DNA of 64,000 nucleotides from Paraspadella gotoi (lineage: Eukaryota > Animalia > Chaetognatha), in NCBI GenBank assembly GCA_051294375.1, contig CM119271.1:14948770-15012769 (forward strand), given 5' to 3'. The notes under the pieces were generated by a model that saw nothing but the letters and a program-made list of their open reading frames with translations, had not been told where the DNA came from and made no database searches. A program made the position numbers and the translations under genes. Position 1 is the first letter of the stretch; each line of letters begins with the position of its first letter. Positions 12,495 through 23,900 of this stretch are shown here, one piece after another.

Positions 12495-13532
12495 TTCCAG
12501 AGAAGGAACCATCTTTCTCTTCTTTTTTACCCGCATCTGCTTACTGCTGGTTCCGGCTCTTTGATCCACTTTGTCGACCCGTCGGTCCCAACCCGAAATT
12601 GTTTCGGTATCATTGAGAATCATATCAGAACATCGAATTATGATCAATTTCCAAAAAAAAAAAAAAAAAAAAATCCATGGCTCTCCGTCCGTCTGTATGT
12701 CCATCCATCCTGAGTGTTGGTGAAGTTATAACTGAACCAGAAATCAAATTTTGATAGAATCATCCGAGTAGAAATGAGTTTAAATTAAAAAAATTTAAAA
12801 AATTACACATACAATTGAAACATTCTTTGAAATATTATACCACCTCATTGATAGGAAAGCCAGGTATTCTGGGAGTGAATAAACAAGACTTTATTGAAAG
12901 CTTACCTTAAACCACCAAAGCCTGTCCAAAGTCAGGGGCAAGATAGCTTATTTAAATATTGAATTTTGCTTTTTTCTTTTGAGACGGAGGCAATTAAGGT
13001 TGAAAAACTATTTATCAAAAATATTGATAGTAAATTGTATTAAATAAAAAAAATTAGACTAATAATCATAACTTATCATCTGATTAATGATCGTGTTCAG
13101 ATCTGATATTGTTTTTTTTTTTTTTAAATCCTACTATTAGATTACTGTTAGATTTTCTCCGGCTCACTCTCCTCCGTTCGAGTTGGTTCTGCCAACATTT
13201 TCGTTTGAGATTGGTTCCCCCCCCCCCAATCTGATGAATGATGTTTGTGAAGTATCCATCAAATCTTTTCAGGATTAATCGTTTACTCTCGAAAATTGTT
13301 TTGGCCAATTCGAATTGTTTTTCATTCCGTCTTAAGGTGTTTGGATCTCCCCGCTAAAAACTGTATACATCAGTCGCTCTAGATCGACTGAGTCCGAAAC
13401 ATTGAGACGAGTCTTTGGCCAAAGACGCAAAAGTTCCTTTCACCACGCCCATTGCCACGGGACGCGCGACGGTGGACGCGTCGCACCCCCTTTGTCCCCT
13501 TTGCCACGCCCACAGCCCCACTCCTCGTCTCC

Positions 13533-15254
13533 ATGCCCTCGCTCGACCCTATGCAAATGGTGGTCGCCTCCGAGGTCGGCATCAAGGATGTTTGGGCCCA
13601 CAATATGGAGGAGGCCTTCAGGGACATCAGGCGGCTCGTCCAGGTTTGGGACGGGAAGATGGAAAAAGGGGTTTTCTTCTTATTTATTAGAGGTTAACCC
13701 AGTAAATATCGCATCGTATTCCATCAAAGTACGACAATATGTAAATGAGATTTTCTCTCCCTCTCCCCCAGAAATTCAAGTACATCGCCATGGACACCGA
13801 GTTCCCCGGCGTGGTGGCGCGCCCCATCGGAGAATTCCGCTCGACGGCCGACTACCAGTACCAACTCCTCCGGTGTAACGTGGACTTGCTCAAGATCATC
13901 CAGTTGGGGATCACGTTCATGGACGAGGAGGGAAAGACGCCGCCCGTCTTTTGTTATCAGTTCAATTTCAAGTTTAATCTCACCGAAGACATGTACGCGC
14001 AAGACTCCATCGATCTCTTGCAGGTCGGTCGTAGTGTGGCGATTTTTTAATTAGGGGTCAGTTTATTTTAAACAGCGGTCTACCTTTAAACGAGAAATAA
14101 ACTAAGAAAATAACGAGCCAACGATAATATCTGCCAAAGTGGCGCTTGAGACTTATGCTGTGCACCTGGTGTCGAGGGTCCCGGGATCCCGTCCCGCAAT
14201 ACTTTTGTCGGGAAGAAATGTCTTTCGGAATCACGAATAAATTCTTGTGGATTAATTCTTTCATTAATTTAATTTTAATAATAAACTTGGTTTTTTTTTT
14301 CCATCGACAGAAATCTGGAATTCAATTTAAGAAACACGAAGAGGAAGGAATCGACGTGAGGGATTTCGCCGAGGCGCTAATGACATCCGGGGTCGTCTTG
14401 TCCGATCAGGTGGGCGATTCCTCGTCCTTTTTCTCATCCATACATCCATCCATTTGTCCGTTTTTCCATCGTTCCCAGGTCCGCTGGCTCTCCTTTCACT
14501 CTGGCTACGACTTCGGCTACATGATGCGAATGTTGACGGACTTGAATCTCCCCGAGGAGGAGGAGGATTTCTTCGAGACGCTCCGCATCTTCTTTCCCGT
14601 CGTCTACGATGTCAAATACCTCATGAAGAGTTGCAAGAATCTGAAGGGCGGCCTGCAGGAGGTCGCAGATCAGCTCGAGTTGGAGAGAATAGGTGAGAGA
14701 GAGAGAGAGAGAGAGAGAATGCCGGCTCGAGTTGCAGAAGATGATGGTAATTTATCCGCTTGATCTTATTAAAAGTTCAGTTTCTTTGTAGCTGTACGAC
14801 GAAGTCAATCTAATCATCCATTCCATCAATTCCATCCATGCAATTTCCCCTCAATCTTTCAGGTCCCCAGCACCAAGCCGGAAGCGACTCCCTCCTAACG
14901 GGCGCCGCCTTCTTCCGCATGCGCGAGTTGTTCTTCGAGGACAACATCGACGACACCAAATACTGCGGTCAACTCTACGGCCTCGGATCCTCTTACGTGC
15001 AGAACGGCGTCAACTCCGCCTATTCGGGTCAATACGCCGCCGACGACGACGAACCCGACGCCACGCCCATCGCCGACGACGGCACCAATAACAACAACAA
15101 CAACGGCCTCGACGGAGAAAAATCCAACGGTACGGAGACGATGACCGTCATAGGGGGCGCGACGACGAGCCATTCCACTTCCTCAGCCAGCGTCGCCTCC
15201 AACGACTCGGGCCACTCGGCTTCGGCCACGCCTCCCGTCATATCCGCCACGTAG
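13533..15254 (+). CDS. CNOT7: CCR4-NOT deadenylase subunit CAF1/POP2 (CNOT7/8), multi-exon
   Basis: [99 protein letters not shown]. Confidence 0.97.
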
Positions 15255-16240
15255 CCCTCTCTAGCGCCGTCGGGGCTGTAGACCTTTTTTTTTGCTCTGG
15301 GAAATCTACGATCCACAATACTCGAAAGTTAGGGAAAAAATTATAATAATTATTAACACCTCTTTTATTTTTTTTATTTTTTTTTTCCCCGAAAATTCCG
15401 ATGACGCGTTTCGACGACCAACGGTGTTTGCACTGCACACTGCATATTGTGCAGTGCTTGCTTTACTTTTTACGGATTAAAAAAATATGATCACTTTTGC
15501 GCATAATCGATCGGTGCGTATTTGGTTACTATCACTCTTTTGTTGCGAATATTTTTTTTTTTCTGAAAAGAAAACAGAGCAAACAAATAATTGCGGGAAT
15601 GGTTGCAAAAATATTGCGAATATTGATTTTCATATCGCCTTATTTTTGGCGCGTATTTTGATTACGTTCGCGATTACATCCGGTACTTTGATGGTCGTTT
15701 AGTGATATACGGAGCGCAGAAAAACAGTCGGCGAAAAAGAAAAGAATATGTTGATTCTCTCGATTTAATATTTTGATAAAAACAATTTCGCGCCAACTAT
15801 TTTTTTATTTTTGTTCGATTTTTTTTCTTCTCCCAAACGTTGATATGTTTTTCACTCAAGTCAATTGGGATCTACTCTTGCTCACCGCGCGCGCCTCTCT
15901 CTCTCTCTCTCTCGGTTTTGACGGAGTTTACAAACAAACTTAATTTAAAAAAAAGAAAACTGAGTTTTATTTTCTATGATATTAAATTATTTTTTGTGTC
16001 GTCGCAGATTTCTCTTAAAATTCTCGTTATTCGCGGTTCTTTTCTTGATTGGCGAATTACCATTAATATTATTTTTAAGTTATGTCGTTTACTTTCTGAA
16101 TTTACCATTTGATAAAAATATCGCGGCATCCTCATTTAAATATCGCAGAATCGGCCAAATACTACTGAAGTGTAACTTCCTTTACTTTTCGATACCCCTT
16201 AACGTCGCGGGTATCCTCTTGGTGAAATTGTCTTGATTTG

Positions 16241-16269
16241 CTCTCTCTCTTTCTCTCTCTCTCTCTCTC

Positions 16270-16325
<56 letters not shown>

Positions 16326-16335
16326 CTCTCTCTCT
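16241..16335. repeat. (CT)n microsatellite
   Basis: About 45 CT dinucleotides. Similar tracts occur at 27074-27127, 28243-28274 and 61330-61403. Confidence 0.95.
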
Positions 16336-16411
16336 TAGTGAAACATTCCCCCAAGGCCTTAATCTCTCCATCCATCACACACGTTTTGTGATTTTACAGT
16401 ACGCACCGGCT

Positions 16412-19400
16412 ATGACGCCGTTCGATTTCACGTTCGTTCCAAATGATTTCGCGCCGGCTAGCGCCGTGAGTACAGCGGGACCCGTTTCTGACGTTACAGT
16501 GGTGTCGTGGGAGAGGGTCAGCGTCGATTGTGGATTGAATTTGATCTTCGACGTCAACGAGTAAAAGAAATGATGACGTCGTGGTCATCGTCGGAGGGAA
16601 GACGCGCCCATTCAGTTAGAGGTATACAATATATACTACAATGTGTACTATACATAGTGTTTTAATTATTATTTTCTGTATTATTATAAAAAATATTTAT
16701 GATTTATTATGTGTAAAACGGAACACTCTTCCATTTTTTTTTAAATAAAAACGACTGCATCAACCTATAGCGGGGCCACTTTCCTAGATATATCACCAGA
16801 ACATTTTTTTTACTTTTTATACAATGCGGTCTTTTAATACAATTGAATTCTTTGAAACATTATACCACCTCATTGATAGGAAAGTCAGGTATTCTGGGAG
16901 TGAATAAACGAGACTGTGAGAGAGTCTTGATTGAAAGCTTGCAGGGACCTGTTATCTCATTATCTTGTAAGAGTGATGAAGGCCTTAAACCACCAAAGCC
17001 TGTCAAAAGTCAGGGGCAAGATAGCTTATTTATTAAATGAATGGATAATTTTTATATTGGTTGTACAAATTTCATATTTATTAGGTCAAAAATTTGATTA
17101 CTTACAAAAGTGTTCCGAATTACCCCGAACTGCCCTCCTAACTTCTCTTGCATTCATCTCCTTGGAAATCACAATCAAATTTACTCGTTTCCTCCTTTTT
17201 TTCCTTTTGCACTTATTCCCCTTCCTCCTTATTCTCCTTCCTCCTTATTCTCCATCCTCCCGTTTTCCCTTCCTCCCTTTTTCCATTCTTCTCTTTTTCC
17301 CTTCCTTCCTTTTTCCCTTCCTCCCTGTTTCCCTTCCTCCCTTTTTCCCTTCCTCCTTTTTCCCTTCCTCCCTATTCTCCTTCCTCCCTCCCACTTTCCA
17401 CCCATTCCTAATTTCCTTTTCCCCAAATGAGGCCAAGATCGCCGTCCCACCTTTTTTCGCCACACGGATCTCCTCTCCTCCCGAGCCACGCCCTCTTCTT
17501 CCAATTCTGCCACGGCTTTGACGAGCACACCGATCCTGACCCGTCCGGATCTCGACCCCACCCGCAAGACTCTGTCCGGCACGCCCATCCTCCCGCGTCC
17601 TGATCTTGACCACCTTCACAAAGCCTCCTCCAGCCTCTCCACGAAGCGCGAGGCCCTTCGCAGTCGCCTGCGTCGAAACTCTGACCGCGTGGCTCCGGAT
17701 GGACTCGGCGACGCCCTTAGCTTCGACGACGACGCCGTCGAAGGCGCGGCGTCTCTCAACGCTTCCTTCGCTCACCATTCGACCCAGGCGCCGTTATCGC
17801 CAATCAAATCATCCCTCTCTCAATCGCGCGTCTTCCATCGCCCACGCGAAGACGTCGCCCGAGTCGTTTCCTTTAAATCCTCTTCCCTCGGCTCCGCCTC
17901 CCGCCGACCACGCCTCTCCGCTCTATACGACGACAAGCTCGAATCCGACTATCTCCGCCAATGCTTCGAAGTCGGCGAGAAGATCGGCGAGGGCAGCTTC
18001 GGCGAAGTCTTCCGCGTCAAGTCCCGCGACGACGGTCGCTTCTACGCCGTCAAGCGCTCCCGCGGAGCCTTTCGAGGATCCGGAGATCGGAAGGAGAAGC
18101 TTAGCGAAGTTGCCAAGTACGAGAAGCTCGAAGCGCATCCCAATTGCGTCCGCTTCTACTTGGCGTGGGAAGAGCGGCGCCGCCTCTACATTCAAACGGA
18201 ACTCTGTCTGACCAACTTGCAGCAGCTCGTCGCCGCCGAGGGGAAGGAGGATCGACTCACTGAGTCGAGGGTGTGGGACGTGGCGCTGGATCTTCTGGCC
18301 GGCGTCAAGCATCTCCACGACGCCGGACTCGTTCATTTCGACGTCAAACCGGACAACGTCTTCGTGTCGCGCGACGGACGGAGGGACGTTTATAAATTGG
18401 GAGATTTCGGACTCGTCAAGGTGATTGCGATGGAGAGAAGGTTGGGGGATGGTTTCCATTGGTTTCCATTGTATTTATGCTTAGAGAAATATTATTTAAG
18501 AAATTACTCGCAATAAACGCGCTAATGAATGTTAGATATCGCCCTAGTTTGAGGCAAACTAAGCTGTACCATCAGGATTTTAGCTTTCAATTAGTGTCAA
18601 TAAATTTCTCCTAACTCTTTTTTTCCTTCCTTCTGCTCGCGGCATCGTCTTCCACATTTCTAAGGATGTTGGCGTCGGCGGTCAGTTAGACGACGCCCGC
18701 GAAGGCGACCCGAAATACTTGGCGCCGGAAATGCTGGAGGGACGCTTCACCAGAGCCGCCGATGTTTTTTCCCTGGGAATGACTCTGCTGGAGTTGGCTT
18801 CGGGTCTCGAACTCCCGAGCAACGGCGAAGCCTGGCACAAATTGCGCGGCGGAGCTTGGAACCCTGAAGAGTTCAAGACGGAACATCTCTCCCTCGACCT
18901 GCAAACGACCATCCGGCGGATGCTGGACCCTCGACCCGAATCTCGGGCCACAGTCGACGAGCTCCTCCAAGCCCCGGAAGTCATGCGGGCGGCCAAAAGG
19001 CGCCGACTACGCTTCACCCTTGTCGCCTTTGCGGATAGCCTCGTTGGCCTCTTGCGTCTCGTTATGCTGTTGGCGCTGGCGTTGTGGGAACGCCTCGTGC
19101 GTCTCCCGACGACGCTAGTCGCTCGCCGAGTTCTCGGGTTGACGTCGTTCGGAGATTCGAAGAAGACCGCATTACCGTATTCGACTCCCGACGGGCGAAT
19201 CGATCCGCCGCCCGAATCTTCCTCCTCCGTTTTCTTACGCGACGCTTCCTTCAGTGACGACGAAGTCTTTGACTTTGATTCTCGACGAAAGAACATATCC
19301 TCCAACCGCCTCTTTGACGCCGTTAGGGAACGGCTTATCGACAGTCCCGGACCGGCGGCGGCGTTGTCGGCACGCTGGCGCGGAGGACTGTCGCAGTCTC

Positions 19401-20186
19401 CGGGGCAGCAGCAGCAGCAGCAGAACACTTCGGCCTCGTCGTCCATCTTGGCTGCGCCGTTGAATCAATCGCGATCACCGACGTCGGAGAGGTGTGAGAG
19501 AGAGAGAGTGAGAGTGAGTGTAAAGAAATAAAAGGAGATTGAATAATCCTCTTCCCTCCAGGTCCCGCCCATCCTTCGACGCTTTCCACCTCGACGATTC
19601 TCAAGCTTCGTCATCCACGAATCTCGTCGTCGATGGCGACGCGGATTCTTTGCCTCTCGAAGATCTCGACGGCGCCTATGAAGGCGCTACCCCGCCGCCG
19701 AAGCATCCCCGGCCTAAGACTCGCCAAGTGGGCATGTCCGACGGAGCTATCAAATCGACTGTGGGAACCGAATCCGGCGACTCTCCCTTCTCGCGTCGAG
19801 CCACGCCTTCTCATCACGTCAGCGACTCTCCCTTCCGCGCCCCGTTGAGCGTTTCGACGCCGCGTCAAAAACCGGCGCTTTCCAGCGGCGCTGCCGAGTT
19901 GGAAAAGCCCGGTGTGGAATCGTCCGGCGCGGAAAACGAGGAAAACAACGACGGTTGGTCGCTGCGGCGCCGAGAGTCGACAGGGCCGCCCGCGCGACTC
20001 ACCGACGATCTCACCGACGACGGGAGAGAGTGGCGCCTCGTGGATTGGCTCGTCAACGACGTAGAGGGGTTCGTTCGAGAGAGGACTCCCTCCGCCGAGC
20101 AGCAGTCCACATCCGTTGGACCCAAGAACTTGCTCACGCTCTTCGACAATGTGTCCGACGACGAAGTCGCTGATGCCGCCGTTTGA
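16412..20186 (+). CDS. PKMYT1: Membrane-associated Tyr/Thr Cdk1-inhibitory kinase Myt1 (start uncertain; kinase exons ~17430-18420, 18665-19491, 19562-20186)
   Basis: YLRQCFEVGEKIGEGSFGEVFRVKSRDDGRFYAVKRSR...HPNCVRFYLAWEE..LYIQTELC; HFDVKPDNVF; KLGDFGL; EGDPKYLAPE; DVFSLG...LELPSNGEAWHKLR; hydrophobic TM segment; C-terminal PKNLLTLFD (Myt1 RNL motif). Confidence 0.93.
17185..17425. repeat. Low-complexity C/T (TTCC/CCTT) polypyrimidine tract
   Basis: ~240 bp almost devoid of purines on the + strand, directly upstream of the PKMYT1 main exon. Confidence 0.85.
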
Positions 20187-20990
20187 AAGAAAGAGAGAGA
20201 GAGAGAAATGAAGCGAGACTGTGTGTTCGAGTCAAAATCAAAAAAAATGTTGAAAGCCTTTACTTTGTGATATCTTGCAATGCCAGTACTCGGATGACTT
20301 TGGGCGACGTTTCCGCCTGCAATCATTTAAAAAATCAAGTTATTTTAAGCTGAATCGTAAACTTTGAATGTATACAAAATCATATTGTCAAAGAACCATG
20401 TCATTTAACGCAAAAAAAAAAAATTGTGGTAATTTTCTTATTATTATTCAACGATATTGATAATTACTAGTGATGAATATCCCGATATTATGGACATGAC
20501 CTCCCATTTCTTAAGTCGTCAAAACTTGTCCTTATTGAGAAAGAAAAAAAACTTTGAATTTCCAACGTTGCCTTCCACGTAGTAGTTATATTCCTCATTT
20601 AATTTTTTTTTTCCGATTGTAATTTCCAGTTTCGCCTTTTTAATGTTTCAGTTTTTTTCTGCCCCTTTTGTAGGGGGGGGGGCAAATAAGAGATAAGAAA
20701 TTGAATTGTGACCTTCCAAAGAGGAGAGAGAGAGCCATGGCATTTTTCTGCTCCTCGCTCCAAAATAGTTCGGCTCAGTTGGCGAAAATCATTGCAAATT
20801 CCAGACTTTTATTTTTTCTTCTTTCCGCTTCACCCGGATAAGAAGTCTCGATCAACAGTCTCGACCAACACTCCCGACCAAAGAAACAACCAAAAACTTT
20901 TCAAACCCTAAACAAAACCTTGGCATTAAAATTTTCTACTCGAGTGCTACATTATTTTTCAACTTCGTTCGATAAAGAAGAGAAAAAACT

Positions 20991-23900
20991 ATGGAGAATA
21001 TCGACAAATCTTCGTCGACGCCGTCCGTAAAGGAGTCGGAGGGTTCGGCGCCGCGACTGGAGTCCTCCGGTGCCACGCCCATCATCTCCTTATTGCAGAC
21101 CCAATTCTATTCTGATCCTTCGTCACGTCTCCTTCGATCTCGATCCCCTCCCTCTTTCGATTCTCCGCCGCCAAAGAGACTCGGTCTTTGTCCGCCTTCT
21201 CAGACAGAGACAGGAAATTCATTTTCGCTGGTCGATCCTTCTATCCTCCCATCTTCTTCCGCTGCGCCGCTCTCCGATCCTCGCGTTCCGTCTCGTCCTT
21301 CTTCGCCCCGCGATCCGCTGCCGCCGCCCAGCGAAGCAGAGTCTCCGCCCACCAACGTTCGCGTTCCCTCGCCGAATTACGCCGGCGCCGCCAGCGGATT
21401 TCTCCTCGATAGCTCGGCCTCTTCGGTCCTGGGATCATTGCGATCCAAAGAGGATTCGGCCGCCTCCTACGTCCGCGTTCATCCCTCCGCTTCGTCCGAC
21501 AAGTCTCGACGAGCCTTCATGTCCGATCTCGGCATCGGGCTCGACTTTCTCCCCAGCGACTGCGGCGGGACCGGATCCGCCCGCGCCGAATCCTCCGGCG
21601 CCGGATGGAATTATTGGTCGAGCACCAATGTGGCCACCGTCTCCGAAGCGCCCTCGTCTCAGGGCGAAATCTCCTGCTCTTTGTCGAAGGAGAAAATGTC
21701 GGCGATTCGACAAAAGTTGAGAGAGTTGAAGTCGATCGCTCCGACGTCGAAAATATCGTCTTCTGGATCGAGAACCGTCTCCGCCATTCAATTCGCCATC
21801 GACAGCATCAATTCGAGTCTTGAAGGAAAGGAGCGAAACCAAATCTCCGCCAAAGAAAAACCCAGTTTGACCAAAGATCGTTCTCTCCCGCCGCCGGACG
21901 CCGGAATCGACAACAGAAAATACTTGAGAAAATTACCCTCGTACTTAAGCGTCGTCGAGACTCACCCGTGGTACAGCGATCCCGAAGGCTTCGCCATCAC
22001 GCTGGACCTGAGGACATTCGAAATAACCGCCGTCTCCCCGCAGCTCTACGACTTGCTGGGATATCGTCCCGACATGTGGCTCCGGCAGAGTTTCGTCAAA
22101 TACGTCTCCTCCTACGATTCGTGGACTCTAGGGACTCACTTTGCGATGATGCAGACAAATTTCATCAAAGGATCTCCGGGGAAAAAAGAGACGAACGGAG
22201 ATTGCAAAGGAAATCCGCTGAACGTTTATTGTCGTTTGTCTCCTTACTCCTCGTTGGAAAAAGGCTTCTCTTTTCCCGCCGAAAGGGACAAGATCGCCTT
22301 CAAACTAACCTGCGTCATTCATCCGCCGAGAAAGACTTTGGAGAGCGGCGAGTCTTCGCCCGACCCACTCTCCGGAGATGAGTCGGATCTCTCCGCCGCG
22401 GAGATCGAGTGGGACAACGAGGCCTGCGACAAAAGCGCCATCTTCATCCTTGCCTCTCCCCTTTACTCTCCCTACTCTAAGCCCTATTCTCTCCCCGGCG
22501 GGACGAATCAAGAAGAGTGCGCGTTTTTCACGCGTCATGACAGCGACTGCGCCTTCACTTCGGTCGACTCCAAGGTCACGACTCTTTTGGGTCATTTGCC
22601 GCAAGAAATGTGCGGCGTCTCTATCTTTCAGTTTCTCCATCCGGAGGATCTCTCCCTTCTCCTGGACATTCACCAAAAAATCTCCGTGACTCCGCATTCA
22701 CGGATGCCGGTGATCAACAGAAAGGCGTTTCGCCTGAGATGCTACAACGGGTCTTACTTGTGGGTCTCCACCGAGTGGACCTCCTTTCTGAATCCGTGGA
22801 CGTCCCTCATCGAGTTCATCGTAGGGAACCACACCATCGTCCAAGGTCCCGCGGATCCCAACGTCCTCGCCTCCAACGTCGACAAGGCGAAGCCGACGAA
22901 GCCCCAGCGGGCGATGGCGCGCCAAATAGGGAAGAAGATTCGCGACCTCTTGTCGACTCCCGTGGCGCAGCATTCCTCCAGCAGCGAATCATCTTCCGTC
23001 ATCATCTTGGGCAAATTGCCATCCTCCCAAAAGAAATCGGTCAATAACGAATCCAGCAAAAAGTCAATCATGTCCCTCGGCTCCTTCGGCGAGGAGTTGG
23101 AGAAACTCCGCGGTCAGGCTCTCTTGATTCAAGAGAACGACTCGACGGCGAGGCCCGTCGTCGATCCAGAGATCCTCAAAGTCATGAAGGAAACGTTGAG
23201 CCTCGATCCGCCACTGGCGCCCGTCCCAGTCAAACAGGTCGTCAAAGAGTTTAAGGGCGTCGTTGATGCCGGCGCTAAGAAGGAATTCGGGGATTCGGCG
23301 CCGCGCAGCGCCATGAACGACAAAGACGCCTCCTGCTCGTGTCCGTCGGATGCGGAGCCTTATGCAACTTATGCGCAGCTCAACTACGCCCACAACATTA
23401 AGCGGTTCCTGATGAGCAGCCCGCAGACCTACACCCACAATAGAATGATCAGATTCAATCCGGGTTTTCTCGACGACGACATCCCGTTGGTCCTGCCCAA
23501 ACCAGCGTGCGTCAAGTCTGTCAACAGCGCACACAGTCAGAAGGTGTTGGTCTCGGAGAAGGACGCGCCCTTGCATCGGGACGAGAACGCCAACTGTTCT
23601 GAGGATGAGGAGATGAGATTGGAGGAAGTTGAGAAGGAGAAGTTGAGGGATGAAGATCAACCGATGCAAGAATTGCAAAAACTGATGCAAGACGAAGCCG
23701 CCAAAAAGGGCGAGACGTTGGGGACAGAATCGTTTCCAGCCATTGGCAAAGGATCGAAAGAGCCGCTCAAAAAAATTGACTCGGGTGAGAAATCGACCTC
23801 GAGATTTCCCGACATAGCGACCGAAGATGCCGACAAGCCGCTCTACGTTCCTCAAGTCTTGACGGAAGATTTATTACAGCACCACACGCGGCTGGAGAAA

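Noticed and set aside
16960-17010. TGATGAAGGCC in the dispersed repeat as a hammerhead ribozyme core
   Set aside because: It lacks the CTGANGA...GAAA arrangement with closing stems.
16931-17588. Several long ORFs on both strands (Phe/Pro/Leu/Ser-rich or Gly/Lys/Arg/Glu-rich)
   Set aside because: These are artefacts of the stop-free polypyrimidine tract.
20468-20540. C-box-like GTGATGA suggesting a C/D snoRNA upstream of per
   Set aside because: There is no appropriately placed CTGA D box or terminal stem.
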